IMG/VR virus record: IMGVR_UViG_3300025875_000058
Span: 1-41,232 of that record
From: a virus
Length of the DNA stretch: 41,232 bases
Direction: 5' to 3' (one strand)
Position numbers and translations under genes: made by a program. Each line of letters starts with the position of its first letter. The first letter of the stretch is position 1. This document shows positions 29,001-37,806 of the stretch, one piece after another. The notes under the pieces were generated by a model that had not been told where the DNA came from, did not search any database, and saw only the letters and a list, made by a program, of their open reading frames with translations.

Positions 29001-30480
29001 AATACTCCTCGCGCACGGTGGGGTGGAGACTCATTCGATCTCCAATCGACAACGGCTTGCCCGTGCGAACCAGCGCTCGGGACTTCGCCACATCGAGCGT
29101 CCGCCCAGCGGGCTGTGCTTCCGGAGGAAGCACCTCCGGCTGCGCAGGTCTGCGGGCAAGTTGATCTCGCAGTGCCAACCCACTCGGTGTTCCATCCGCC
29201 AGCTGCTCAGGGATGGCATCCACCTGGGTCTTGGCCTGCCGCATCCCGTTGGAGCGGAACCATGCAGCCTTGGTCTTGGGCACCACCTGCGTGTCGTAGA
29301 TGGAGGTGGAAGGCAGGTCTGCCACCGCCTCTGCGCTCAGCGGCTTCACCCGCTGGTTCATCGTCGCGGTGCGTCCGGCTGGCACCAGCGCAGGCTGGCC
29401 GGGTGCATCCTCCACGATGGTGGGCACGCGCTGGCTCAGCTCTGCTGCACGAGCACGGAGCACCGGGTCCCGGACCTCGGGAGGCAGGTCCACCGCGTCG
29501 TAGCTCGTGGTCACAGGCTCGCGTCCTCGCACGAGGGGGATGGGCTGGGAGTCGTTGAACTCCAGGCCCTCTGCGGCCAAGCGGCCAAAGCCTTCCGCGT
29601 AGGTCTGCGTCGGCACCGGGTCCGTGCGCGTGACGGGGAAGGCTTGAGTCTCAGGCTCCATCGCCATGGGTGAGGCAGGTGCCGCGGGTGCGTTGGCCGC
29701 GTCTGCCACCTGCTGTGCGTGTACCTGCTTGTCGTAGGCGCGCAGGTCTGCGGCGTGGAGCTTGCCCGCGAGTCGGACGGACCCGAGGGTGCCGGAGAGG
29801 ACAGGCGGCAAGCCACCCAGCGCGAGCGCTAGGGGGTCCTGGGCCGCTTCGATGGCCGAGGAGGCACGCTCCCCCTCTCGTGCACCGAGGAAGCCCATGA
29901 CGGCGTTCTCAGCGGCTCCTGCGGCTGCACCCTTGAGGCCACCCACGACTCCCTGCTTCAGCAGCGCACCTGCCGCGGTGGCCACAGCCTTGGTCGCACC
30001 AGCTCCGGCGCCCACTGCGCCAGTGGCGAGACCCTGCGGCAGCATCTGGGTGAAGGACTGACCGTAGGCCGCGAGGCGAGGTCCCCACTTGGGGCCGAGC
30101 ACGTCCGTCGCGTTCTCCTCCATCATCAGCGCGGACTGCTGCGCCGCAGGGTTGTCGAAGAGCGCCTCCTGCCCGACCAATCCCGCGGTCGCGGGGTTCA
30201 GACCCTGGAGACCGAGTGCCAGCGCGTACCGGGTGGGGCTGGGCTTGTCGCCCATCACGTCCTGCACCCGCGCGTTGCTCCACTCCTGGAAGCCGGTCAG
30301 GTTGTCCGAGGCTCGGGCCTTGGCCTCCTCCCACGAGGAGGGGAGGAGGCCAGTTCCTCGCGGGTCAGGCGGAGGAGGGCCAGCCTGTCCTCCCGCCGCC
30401 CTTGTCTCATCCCTGCGTGCCAGCTCGCGTCGAGCCAGCTCCCTCATTGCCGCCTGCTTCATCTCGTCGCTTGTGGCCAT
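26053..30480 (-). CDS. Giant internal virion/ejection protein (T7 gp16-position analogue)
   Basis: 1475-aa uninterrupted ORF with consistent G/C3 bias, last of the internal-protein block after the tail tubular genes. I recognised no catalytic motif. Confidence 0.6.
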   Translation of the reverse strand: MATSDEMKQAAMRELARRELARRDETRAAGGQAGPPPPDPRGTGLLPSSWEEAKARASDNLTGFQEWSNARVQDVMGDKPSPTRYALALGLQGLNPATAGLVGQEALFDNPAAQQSALMMEENATDVLGPKWGPRLAAYGQSFTQMLPQGLATGAVGAGAGATKAVATAAGALLKQGVVGGLKGAAAGAAENAVMGFLGAREGERASSAIEAAQDPLALALGGLPPVLSGTLGSVRLAGKLHAADLRAYDKQVHAQQVADAANAPAAPASPMAMEPETQAFPVTRTDPVPTQTYAEGFGRLAAEGLEFNDSQPIPLVRGREPVTTSYDAVDLPPEVRDPVLRARAAELSQRVPTIVEDAPGQPALVPAGRTATMNQRVKPLSAEAVADLPSTSIYDTQVVPKTKAAWFRSNGMRQAKTQVDAIPEQLADGTPSGLALRDQLARRPAQPEVLPPEAQPAGRTLDVAKSRALVRTGKPLSIGDRMSLHPTVREEYYRSVGLLQPARVEVLNRSGLPAVRTQRVGQLTPADVTGTHQPMKWKPSDSREISAVIDSPEPLTSALEWDDAAIIQGKPALKSGVGGGSGGKPVEVRPDPKVAAEYARKAEAEYQWREMRDEAPRRDPRTVESGGAAPVAGPLPAYVRTPEIPKEFEQRMMEGFNQRDSWWEKQKKELGLPEFRAQPLVAEAIRGIRAAQHMANQQMGRIFPQLRKAYNAATPSQKRLIDSYMNQNLDRAPGSSGTIPESVLPDEFRNLYRAGMEQMEKQRLDLVKSGYFSEGEMKHMIDLEQRNLQWLHRDYRAFQDKGWRPRKNVMEKAIKYVMSKSDLGYEGARKEIMDLFLGDGDMQQRFKGSNLNRSILKERSGIPPVLREVLGEIKDPAYVVAQSMTEMERLHRQYIHSKAMTAPDLKGQVWDDNPENPAMHEQRIWNDALSPQENKKMFGEFAGKYVAPQLFESVMQGPLAKQATEQLMSGVMSFLTSTMKTGKIAFSPMTYITNWLSNGASGAAAGLPYWHKRFGSRMVQSATALRDYSDTFKTMKSKNNTPPSKDAQWVQWALEDSALIGGTGVEFGGSESRRIVERFLRDPEPGVRGVFDMGAQKFGDMKAKLGSWYDNLDSHWRLAVYIEQVTKGRDRLGLSIPEARARASRIVNKNFASAGSVGNAVKNASRNGVGLLAPFMTWHADNIRVHLNWAKDTAKIKSQGLKATDQRGNVVGGTDLFSGEGAGQALNVGIHYGIVAGVFAGMRRLYNFTDEDVDNAEAKMKGSQKPFSPWREWLPWRDEQGRPQVISLGSLMPSAVFYEGNPEDSLMKRVLVNSFEGFTQGGIAEMGFKNIQAAVGLGDAARQDAPILPGDRLRRLRDEAWKYLQPGFIRDAETIARRTGHYGQLRETEEKLSLPQAIARITPFRLEPAGEKSAIANRRAETSERRDTQRNMQRIQSLPLPYAEKQHLIRASRAKIEELNRKSSQRARDIRRDK

Positions 30481-30502
30481 GCGAGGAAGCTATCAACTAT
30501 CG

Positions 30503-31744
30503 CTAGCCCCCTACCAACTTGCGCAGCTCCTCATCGGACATGGCTCCGATTTGCTTGGCCACATCATCCTGCTGCGTGGTCTCGCGCAGCTGCTGCCGCT
30601 GCGTCGGTCGAGCCCCGCCACCCACGATTTGCGAGAAGGCCGTCTCGTAGTCCGCCGTGGCCTCCTGGAGGGTGGGGAGCATCTCGTCCACCCGCTCACG
30701 TGCCTGCATGAAGCGGTCGTACCCGGGTGAGCCTGGATCAGAGCTGTACACGCCGTTGAACAACAGGGTCTGGATGTTGGTCTCCGCATCCTTCACCTGC
30801 TTCCGCATCTCATCCACCCGCTTGCGGAAGTCTTCGATCACCGACTTCTGTGCCTTGGGCGGTGCGTTCCGGAGCTTGTACTTAAGGTTCTCTCCGTCAG
30901 CTTTGATCTTCGCCAGCGCTGTGGTCTGACGGCTGAGGTCACTCACGAGCTTCTGCCCGATGGTGACCTTCATCTTCTCCATGTCCTTCTCCAGCTTCTG
31001 GTTCTGCATCGTCGCCCGGTTGGTCGTGGACTCCCGGGTGATGTCGAGCTGGGTCTTCTGAGACTGGAGGTAGCGGTACAGCTCCAGCTCCTCCGGGGTG
31101 CGTGGACCCTGGAAAACCTGACGCTGAGGCATGGGGCGAGGCTGAGCTGCCGCACGCATCGGAGCTGCCTGCTGCGCCATCTGTGGGTAGGCAAGTGGGT
31201 CCGACTCGGGGTCGTACATCGGGCTGCGCACGACAGGCTCCACACCCGGCGCCATCGGGGTACGGCTAAGCGTCATGCCCCCGAAGTTCTCCCGGGCCTC
31301 CACGCCACTGCCCTGCCAAGGCCCCTGGACGGGCTCAGGAACGACGGAACCCATGGGGGTGGGCGCACCCAGCCCCGGGTCGAGCGGATGCGTAGGCGGG
31401 GCACGCAGGCCCAGAGCCGGGGCCATGATGCCAGCGGAGTTGTAGGCCCCCTGTGCCACCTGCTCCCCGGTGAGGCCCGGACCGAAGTCCAAGTTCATGG
31501 CCATGGGTCCACCTTGGAGGTCGCCCATCATCTGCCGTGCCCAGGGGGACTGGGCCGCCTGTGAGATGCGGCTGCGTGCCAGCTCTGACTGCTGGAGTGC
31601 AAGGGCCTCACGGCGGAGGACTTCCTGCTGCTCGGCGTGCTTGCCCAGGCTGTCCATCAGCTGCTGCTGCCCACGCTCCAGCTGGCGCGAGGGGTCCACG
31701 AAGGTGGCAGTCCCCGGCCCGTAGTAGTTCAGGAAGTCAGGCAT
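30503..31744 (-). CDS. Internal virion protein (gp15-position analogue), P/Q/M-rich low complexity plus coiled coil
   Basis: 413 aa. TGATG overlap with the upstream gene. Confidence 0.55.
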   Translation of the reverse strand: MPDFLNYYGPGTATFVDPSRQLERGQQQLMDSLGKHAEQQEVLRREALALQQSELARSRISQAAQSPWARQMMGDLQGGPMAMNLDFGPGLTGEQVAQGAYNSAGIMAPALGLRAPPTHPLDPGLGAPTPMGSVVPEPVQGPWQGSGVEARENFGGMTLSRTPMAPGVEPVVRSPMYDPESDPLAYPQMAQQAAPMRAAAQPRPMPQRQVFQGPRTPEELELYRYLQSQKTQLDITRESTTNRATMQNQKLEKDMEKMKVTIGQKLVSDLSRQTTALAKIKADGENLKYKLRNAPPKAQKSVIEDFRKRVDEMRKQVKDAETNIQTLLFNGVYSSDPGSPGYDRFMQARERVDEMLPTLQEATADYETAFSQIVGGGARPTQRQQLRETTQQDDVAKQIGAMSDEELRKLVGG

Positions 31745-32424
31745 CAGAAGAGCCCTCCCACGAGACCGCCGAGGACACCACCTGCTGCGCCGCCGACCAC
31801 CGTGCCGATGCCGGGGATGACGCTGCCGAGAACGGCTCCACCTGCGGTGCCGATGCCGCTTCCGATGGCCCGGTTGCGTGCGTCACTCGCGGCTGCCTTG
31901 CCCTGCATGTGCTCCCACATCTCCTTGCGCCGCTGCTGCTCAGCGAGCTGGAGCTGCTGCCCGAGGGTGGCACGTGCGTTCATCAGGCTCATCAGGTGCT
32001 GCCCACGCTGGGCCTCGAAGTCCCGGAGCACTCCGCTCTGTGCGCTGTTGGCCATGCCCACTGCAAGCGGACCCTGGATGCCGCGCAGAGCTGCCTGTCG
32101 GTTGGAGAGGTTCGCCGCCATCCCGAGCGAGCGGGGGTCTGCGCTCATGGTCTTGTACTGGTTGATGAGGGAGCCGTAGTCCGCCATCGTCCCGCTCATC
32201 TCCTGCGTGAAGGGGAGCGGCGAGCCCTGGAAGTTCGAGCTGCTGCCTCCGCGGTTCGCGAGCAGTGCCCCACCCAGGGTGGCAACACCTCCGATTGCAG
32301 GCCCGAGCCAGCTGGGTGCGCCAGCTCCCGCTGCACCGGGGTAGGACGCTCCGTTTGCACCGGGGCCGTAGGGGTCCGCCGCCACTCCCGCCATGCTCAT
32401 TCCATCAAGTCGATTGGTCGCCAT
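31744..32424 (-). CDS. Internal virion protein (gp14-position analogue) with glycine-zipper C-terminus
   Basis: 226 aa. C-terminus GSGIGTAGGAVLGSVIPGIGTVVGGAAGGVLGGLVGGLF. Confidence 0.55.
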   Translation of the reverse strand: MATNRLDGMSMAGVAADPYGPGANGASYPGAAGAGAPSWLGPAIGGVATLGGALLANRGGSSSNFQGSPLPFTQEMSGTMADYGSLINQYKTMSADPRSLGMAANLSNRQAALRGIQGPLAVGMANSAQSGVLRDFEAQRGQHLMSLMNARATLGQQLQLAEQQRRKEMWEHMQGKAAASDARNRAIGSGIGTAGGAVLGSVIPGIGTVVGGAAGGVLGGLVGGLF

Positions 32425-32427
32425 TGG

Positions 32428-32760
32428 TTATCTCCAGTACCGCATCACGTAGTTGCGAAGGATCTGATTGCGGTAGTTGTCGAGCCCTCGGTAGAGCTGG
32501 TCGCTCTCATCCTGGTAGCCCATCGGGCTGCCGTACCCACCACCGCTTCTTCCACCTCCCAGTGCGAAGGGGCTGCTGTCGGGTGCCTGCATCGGCGTCG
32601 TAATCTGCGGAGCAATCGGTGAGGTCCAGGCTGTGCCACCCTTCGCACCTGGACTGTTCTGGTTGTAGTCCTGGACGCTGCTGTACTTCCCTCCGATGGA
32701 CCCGCGGATGAGTGCGTAGTCCGCGCCCTGGTCCCCCTTGTCATCGTAGAACTTCGCCAT
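32428..32760 (-). CDS. Hypothetical virion-module protein, G/S/P-rich
   Basis: 110-aa ORF with consistent coding bias. Confidence 0.55.
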   Translation of the reverse strand: MAKFYDDKGDQGADYALIRGSIGGKYSSVQDYNQNSPGAKGGTAWTSPIAPQITTPMQAPDSSPFALGGGRSGGGYGSPMGYQDESDQLYRGLDNYRNQILRNYVMRYWR

Positions 32761-32772
32761 GATCTACCCCTT

Positions 32773-33387
32773 TCACCACATCACTACGGTGAACAGCGCA
32801 TCGGCGTAGGTGTTCCCCGATGCCTTGCACTCCACATAGAACTGCGGGTTCACCGAGTTGGCAAAGTCCACCGCGTTGCACCAGATGCCCGCGGTGTTCG
32901 ATGTGACCAGCACAATGGGGTTCCCGCCGAAGCGTGGGCTGGACGTGTGGACCTGATACCGGCCCAGCTGCCCGCTGGTCTTGATGCCCCAGCCACCCGT
33001 GGCAAGGAAGCTGCCCTTGTTCACGTTCATGGTGCAGGCCGTGCCTGCGGTCGTGGACCCGGTGCACGTCGAGGTGATGCGGGCGTACCCCTTGGGGATG
33101 AAGTCCACCGCCGCGAGCTTGGTCGTGTCGATGGATGCCAGCGGGGAGATGTTCTCGTTGAGGATGCCGCCCGTCAGGGTGTTGTGGAGGTGAGCCACCG
33201 TGTCGTTGAGCGACTGAGCAGTGAGGGTCTGCCCGGTGGAGAAGGTGGACGCGGCGGGAGTCTGGTTGTGGGCGTGGGCCTGACTGCATTGCGCCGCGCC
33301 GAAGATGCTCCCGAGGAACATCATGGCGATGAAGACGTAGATGAGCGTGGGGCTGTGGCGATCCAGGTACTGCAAGAACTTGTTCAT
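32773..33387 (-). CDS. Virion-module protein with N-terminal signal/anchor
   Basis: MNKFLQYLDRHSPTLIYVFIAMMFLGSIFGAAQCSQAHA..., then ISPLASIDTTKLAAVDF (fibre-like motif) and a Cys-containing beta-rich body. ATGA overlap with the upstream gene. Confidence 0.55.
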   Translation of the reverse strand: MNKFLQYLDRHSPTLIYVFIAMMFLGSIFGAAQCSQAHAHNQTPAASTFSTGQTLTAQSLNDTVAHLHNTLTGGILNENISPLASIDTTKLAAVDFIPKGYARITSTCTGSTTAGTACTMNVNKGSFLATGGWGIKTSGQLGRYQVHTSSPRFGGNPIVLVTSNTAGIWCNAVDFANSVNPQFYVECKASGNTYADALFTVVMW

Positions 33388-35114
33388 CGGGGCCTCGATG
33401 CGATGGGTCGGATGCGGATGGTGAGCGAGCGGAAGCGTGCTCGCCCGGTAGAGTGCAGCTTGAACGTGGGCTGGAGGCTGAACCCTGCGAGGCGCAGTCC
33501 CCCCGGAGGACGATACCCCACCACCTTGATGCCCTCCCCGAGCAGTGCGAAGTCCAGGGATGCCACGTCGAGGACGAACCCTGCTGCGCCCACTTCGCTG
33601 GAGATGGGGAAGGTAGCCCGGGTACTGCCGGTCTCCACCGTGACCTCGGGCTTCTCCGTCCCGCTGTAGCTGTACGAGGACTCGACTGCCTGGAGCAACT
33701 TGCGTGCAGTCTGGTCCCCGAAATCGAACGCCTTGAAGCGGATCTCCATGTCCGCATAGACGACGGGGAGGGCGTTGCTCACTGCGCCGTCGTGATCCCG
33801 GCCGGTAGCCGTCTCCACGTCCAGCTCCTCGATGCTGAACTGGTCGATGCGGTTCACCGTGCCGAACTCGGTGTAGTACCCGCGCAGCTCCAGCACACTC
33901 ATCAGCCGCTCAGGAGTACTCACCGTGGCAGGCAGCACGGCCATTCCACCGGAGGGGACCGTCATCGGACCCCACCACTTGAAGCGCTCCTCTCCCTCGC
34001 GTGCCTCGCTGAAGTTGTCGAGGTCCAGCCACCACTGCTCGTTGGCGATGTAGCTGGTTTCGGAAGGTCCAACGTAGGCAGGGGTCCCTGGAGCAGGGAC
34101 ATAGATCGTCTCAGGGTAGAACGCCTTGGGGACGGTGAGCCGGTAGACCCCGTTGAAGAACTCCGCGTGCCACTGCCAGGGCTTGGTCTTGTCGCAGGAC
34201 TCCAGCAGCGGCTTGATGTTGTTGCCCACGCGGATAGGCTTATCCCCCGGTGGGGCGATGAAGACGTTCTTGCCCGAGCACCACACCACCCCGTGCGTGG
34301 TCTCGATGACGGTGCCCTTACCCACGCACCCCTCGTCCCGGATGAGCGGGAAGACCCGGACACTCCCCAGGTCCAGCTCGGTCGGCGGGTCCCCCTGCAC
34401 CATCCACACGGAGCGCTCTTTCAAGACCAGCAGGTAGGGCTCGAAGTACTGGTCTCCACCCTCGATGGTGACTTCCACCAGCTCGATGATGCGCTCCTCG
34501 CTGTCACCGATGAGCAGCATCTTCTCGTCAGGGAGGATGGTCTCGGGCAGCTCAATCTCGGAGAACTTGATGGCGTTCTTCTGGGGGCTGCCGAAGCCTG
34601 CGAAGGCGAACTGCCCGCGGAACTTGCACGCCACGGTGGGGCGGACGTTCTCCAGATAGGTCAGCTCCGTCACCGCATCCACGCCGTGAGTGATGACGAA
34701 GCCGCGGCCCTGGCCGTTGAAGATGTACGTCTTGTCCAGGTGTGTGAGGTACGCGGGTCGGTCGAACCTGCTCGCAGAGCCCGCTTGCGGTGTGCTCGTC
34801 GGACCGGCCCAGTTCAAGGTCGGGTCCGTGAAGTGCTTGATGGCGGGGAGGTTGCCCGACTTGGCGATGTACGCGAAGCCGGACACGAGCGAGTCATGCC
34901 GGAAGAAGTGCAGGTCCACGAACGTCTCGGGGCTCGCGTCCAGGAAGGTGACAGATGACGGCTGCACCTTGGAGTTGAGGCGCGAGTAGAACTCTCCGCG
35001 CTTCCCCTCGTAGACGTTCTTGGCCCAGGCCAGCTCGTTGTCCTTCAGGTCCGCATCCATGGAGTTGAGGTTCACTCCAAGCAGGTTGCGGATCGTCAGA
35101 TTACCTACGGGCAT
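33384..35114 (-). CDS. Tail tubular protein B-like (T7 gp12 position)
   Basis: 576 aa, beta-rich. Assigned from its position after the gp11-like gene in a portal-scaffold-capsid-tubularA-tubularB order. Confidence 0.55.
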   Translation of the reverse strand: MPVGNLTIRNLLGVNLNSMDADLKDNELAWAKNVYEGKRGEFYSRLNSKVQPSSVTFLDASPETFVDLHFFRHDSLVSGFAYIAKSGNLPAIKHFTDPTLNWAGPTSTPQAGSASRFDRPAYLTHLDKTYIFNGQGRGFVITHGVDAVTELTYLENVRPTVACKFRGQFAFAGFGSPQKNAIKFSEIELPETILPDEKMLLIGDSEERIIELVEVTIEGGDQYFEPYLLVLKERSVWMVQGDPPTELDLGSVRVFPLIRDEGCVGKGTVIETTHGVVWCSGKNVFIAPPGDKPIRVGNNIKPLLESCDKTKPWQWHAEFFNGVYRLTVPKAFYPETIYVPAPGTPAYVGPSETSYIANEQWWLDLDNFSEAREGEERFKWWGPMTVPSGGMAVLPATVSTPERLMSVLELRGYYTEFGTVNRIDQFSIEELDVETATGRDHDGAVSNALPVVYADMEIRFKAFDFGDQTARKLLQAVESSYSYSGTEKPEVTVETGSTRATFPISSEVGAAGFVLDVASLDFALLGEGIKVVGYRPPGGLRLAGFSLQPTFKLHSTGRARFRSLTIRIRPIASRPR

Positions 35115-35800
35115 TAGCGCCTCCGTCCGGGGAAGGTGCGAGATGAAAGGTTCATCCGCTGGTTGTTGCCGCCGAGCTTGAGGAAGACGGCTCGGTCTTC
35201 CTGCACCATGCGCTGGAGCTTGTTCTCCTCTGCCATCTGCCGCTCGTCGTTCTGGTGCTTGAGGGCGTAGCAGTAGAGCGCCTGCACCAGCGTCTCGTGG
35301 TTGGGGTAGGGAGAGACCTGCCCCAGCTCCTGCACCTCGGGCACGAGCTTGAGGTAGAGCAGGAGATCCATCTGAGCGTTGCTGACCGGGCTGAAGTTGA
35401 GTGCCCAGGTCGAGTTGCCCAGGTCTTCGGTGTTCACCTGCATGCCCGTGTCGCGGGAGAACTCACGCATCCAGGCACCGGGGGACTGGTCGCGGACTTC
35501 CTCGCTCCCATTGAAGTGCATGCCGCGCCCTGCTCCAGCGGCGCTACTCCAGCGGCGGATGCCCCGGATGGAGTGGACCCGGTTCATCAGCTCGCTGCCC
35601 TCAAGCCCCAGGAGCAGCCGAGAGGTGCCGCCTGAGACGGACACCGGCCCGTGAGTCACCAGCGTGTGAGGCCATGGCACCTTGTTCGACTCCGAGATGA
35701 CCCAGCGGTTCAGCCAGAAGAGCGCCCTCTGCTTCAGGCTGCTGTCTCCGGCCAGCTCCAACGCCTCTGTGATCAACTCGTCATTCGTTACCAGCGCCAT
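35114..35800 (-). CDS. Tail tubular protein A/adaptor-like (T7 gp11 position)
   Basis: 228 aa. Assigned by synteny only. Confidence 0.5.
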   Translation of the reverse strand: MALVTNDELITEALELAGDSSLKQRALFWLNRWVISESNKVPWPHTLVTHGPVSVSGGTSRLLLGLEGSELMNRVHSIRGIRRWSSAAGAGRGMHFNGSEEVRDQSPGAWMREFSRDTGMQVNTEDLGNSTWALNFSPVSNAQMDLLLYLKLVPEVQELGQVSPYPNHETLVQALYCYALKHQNDERQMAEENKLQRMVQEDRAVFLKLGGNNQRMNLSSRTFPGRRR

Positions 35801-35812
35801 GGTTTGCTCCCA

Positions 35813-36421
35813 TCAGATAATCGCGGTGCGACCCTGCATCGCGTTCTTCATGTCCAAGTCCCCGAAGACCTTACCTCCAGGGATGTGACGCCGCCTCTCC
35901 TGCATCTCCCACTGCCCAATCTGCGAGAGGATGGCGTCCACTGCCTCGGTCGGAACCACCTGACGACCCGCGTACTTCACGCCGTTCCAGTTGATGCCAC
36001 TGAAGAACTTCCACATGTCCTGGTCCCGAGGCGCGACCCACAGGGTGGTGTGGTTGCCCTTGCAGGCGCGGATGGACTGACCGCAGGCAGCGCACTTCGC
36101 GCCGGCAGGGAGACCCTGCTCGGGCTCGATGAGCTTGCGCTGCTCCAGCTTCGTCACCTTGCCGGTGAGGATGTCGATGTTCTTGAGCAGGGCATCGAGG
36201 GACTCCTTGGCAATCTGCACCACCTCGGGTGAGGCGCCAGCTGCTTCCTTCTTCGCGGGTGCGTCCTGGACCTGCTCCACAAGCGCCTCAAGGGGCTCGG
36301 CGCGGTTCATCCGAGACTCTTCCCGCGCTGCGGCTGCGTCAGCGAGCTTGCTGTCGTTGGACTTCTTTGCTGCGTGCCGCTTGAGGACTGCACGACGAGC
36401 GGACTCTTTGGTGAAGGGCAT
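35813..36421 (-). CDS. Hypothetical structural-module protein
   Basis: 202 aa. GGAAG SD upstream of the ATG at 36421. Basic N-terminus and a CAACGQSIRAC motif. Confidence 0.6.
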   Translation of the reverse strand: MPFTKESARRAVLKRHAAKKSNDSKLADAAAAREESRMNRAEPLEALVEQVQDAPAKKEAAGASPEVVQIAKESLDALLKNIDILTGKVTKLEQRKLIEPEQGLPAGAKCAACGQSIRACKGNHTTLWVAPRDQDMWKFFSGINWNGVKYAGRQVVPTEAVDAILSQIGQWEMQERRRHIPGGKVFGDLDMKNAMQGRTAII

Positions 36422-36445
36422 TTGATGATCTTCCTTTTTGGGTAT

Positions 36446-36476
36446 GAAAAGGGGCAGGCCGTTTCCAGCCTGCCCC
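36446..36476 (-). terminator. Rho-independent terminator immediately after the major capsid gene
   Basis: The minus strand reads GGGGCAGGC-tggaaacg-GCCTGCCCC followed by TTTTC (plus-strand arms at 36451-36459 and 36468-36476). Comparable in position to T7 Tphi after gene 10. Confidence 0.8.
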
Positions 36477-36503
36477 GGGAGGGTGAGTCAGATACTGCTG
36501 GAG

Positions 36504-37742
36504 CTAGAAGCCGGAAGCCAGCTCGATCCGCTTCACGCGGTCGTTGTCCCGGATGCCAGCCTTCGCCATGTACTTCGTGCCGACCTTCCGGCGCTGGCTG
36601 AGCGGGTCGGAGTCCGTCGCCCCGGCAGGGGTGATGGTGCCCTTCATCGCCAGCTCGTTCAGCTCAACCCAGTCCAGGCCGTTCTTCGCGAAGATGTAGA
36701 CGGGGTGGACGGTGACGCCCGCTGCCGGGGTGGCAGGCGAGGTCTGGCCGCTGGTGGGTAGCGAGTCCAGGTTGAACGCGGTGGACGCAGGCAGGTTCTC
36801 GCGGGCGAGGAACATGTTGGCGTCGCCGGTCAGCGAGCCTGCGTACACGTTGTAGACGTACCCAGCGGTCGCAGGAGCGGTGAAGGTGAGACGGGTGTTG
36901 GTGCTCATCACCGTGGACGCCTCGACCTGGATGTCCTCCTCGAAGCCACGGGCGAGGTTCTTCCGCGTGACCTTGTGGTACACGGTGCCGGTCAGCGAGC
37001 CGCCAGTTGCGGCGACGGGCGCACCGACCGTGGCGATGCGGGTGAAGCGCGGCATGAAGTTCGAGCGGAACAGCTCGATGCCACGCCACTTCCCAACCTT
37101 GCCGTTCTCCAGCTTGTCCGCACCTTGCGCAAGCTGAGCTGCGGAGAAGGACGTGACCGCAGTCGGGTCAGCCAGGATGTCTGCCTCGACCTCTGGTCCG
37201 ACGAGCGCGGCGAACATGTCACCGCTGTAGCCCGGGACACCGAGGGTGTTCATGTTCGTCCGAGCCCGGTCGAACACGGCGGACTTGAACGTGTCCGCGA
37301 GGGTGATGGCTCCTCGGGAGAGTCGGGAGCCGTCGTAGAACTGGACGTTGGTGCCCGCGTTCAGGACCTCTGCGAACTGGTAGTCCTGGGTCCGGGCGAT
37401 GGCATCGGCCACGAGGTCCAGCGCCTCGTTGAGCACGGGGTGCTTGGTGGTGACGATGCCCACGTCAGTGAGGGTGATGTACATACCCCACTGGTCAACC
37501 GTGATGGTCTGGCGGGAGATGGTGAACGGCGTCTCGGAGGGAGTCACGCCTTCCACAAGCTTGTCCGTGGGGACATCCGTCCGGTTGTACTTGATGAACT
37601 CGGCAGTCTTGCCCATCCCGGCAGTCAGCGAGATCTTGTTCGCGAACTGGGGGAAACGGTGGATGAGGGTCGAACGCTCGATGAGCGTGTCGGAGATGAA
37701 CTTGCCAACGTCGGCGGCAAGATTTGCTGAGGTTACGGGCAT
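36504..37742 (-). CDS. Major capsid protein
   Basis: ATG at 37742 with GGAG 7 nt upstream. 412 aa, after the scaffold gene. ...FPQFANKISLTAGMGKTAEFIKYNR...VDQWGMYITLTDV...KWRGIELFRSNFMP... looks like a capsid-family sequence. Confidence 0.8.
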   Translation of the reverse strand: MPVTSANLAADVGKFISDTLIERSTLIHRFPQFANKISLTAGMGKTAEFIKYNRTDVPTDKLVEGVTPSETPFTISRQTITVDQWGMYITLTDVGIVTTKHPVLNEALDLVADAIARTQDYQFAEVLNAGTNVQFYDGSRLSRGAITLADTFKSAVFDRARTNMNTLGVPGYSGDMFAALVGPEVEADILADPTAVTSFSAAQLAQGADKLENGKVGKWRGIELFRSNFMPRFTRIATVGAPVAATGGSLTGTVYHKVTRKNLARGFEEDIQVEASTVMSTNTRLTFTAPATAGYVYNVYAGSLTGDANMFLARENLPASTAFNLDSLPTSGQTSPATPAAGVTVHPVYIFAKNGLDWVELNELAMKGTITPAGATDSDPLSQRRKVGTKYMAKAGIRDNDRVKRIELASGF

Positions 37743-37750
37743 CGGTCGCT

Positions 37751-37790
37751 CCAGGGGTGGAAGTACACGGGGGTGGCTTTCCACCCCTGG
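37751..37790 (-). promoter_or_regulatory. Alternative hairpins in the capsid gene leader
   Basis: CCAGGGGTGG (37751-37760), GGGGTGG (37770-37776) and CCACCCCTGG (37781-37790). The last can pair with either of the first two, and the capsid SD GGAG abuts one arm. Confidence 0.5.
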
Positions 37791-37806
37791 CCGAAAAGAC
37801 TACAGG

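Noticed and set aside
33453-34958. Long antisense ORFs opposite real genes, for example 33453..34958 (+, 501 aa), 27718..28986 (+, 422 aa), 26044..27021 (+), 31537..32622 (+), 4230..5216 (+), 802..1635 (+), 10421..11626 (-, 401 aa), 17295..18071 and 17630..18487 (-), 9362..10156 and 9700..10506 (-)
   Set aside because: These are shadow ORFs typical of GC-rich DNA. Their translations are R/G/P/A/H/L-rich with no motifs and they lack SDs. In every case the opposite-strand frame carries the G/C third-position bias and recognisable protein sequence.
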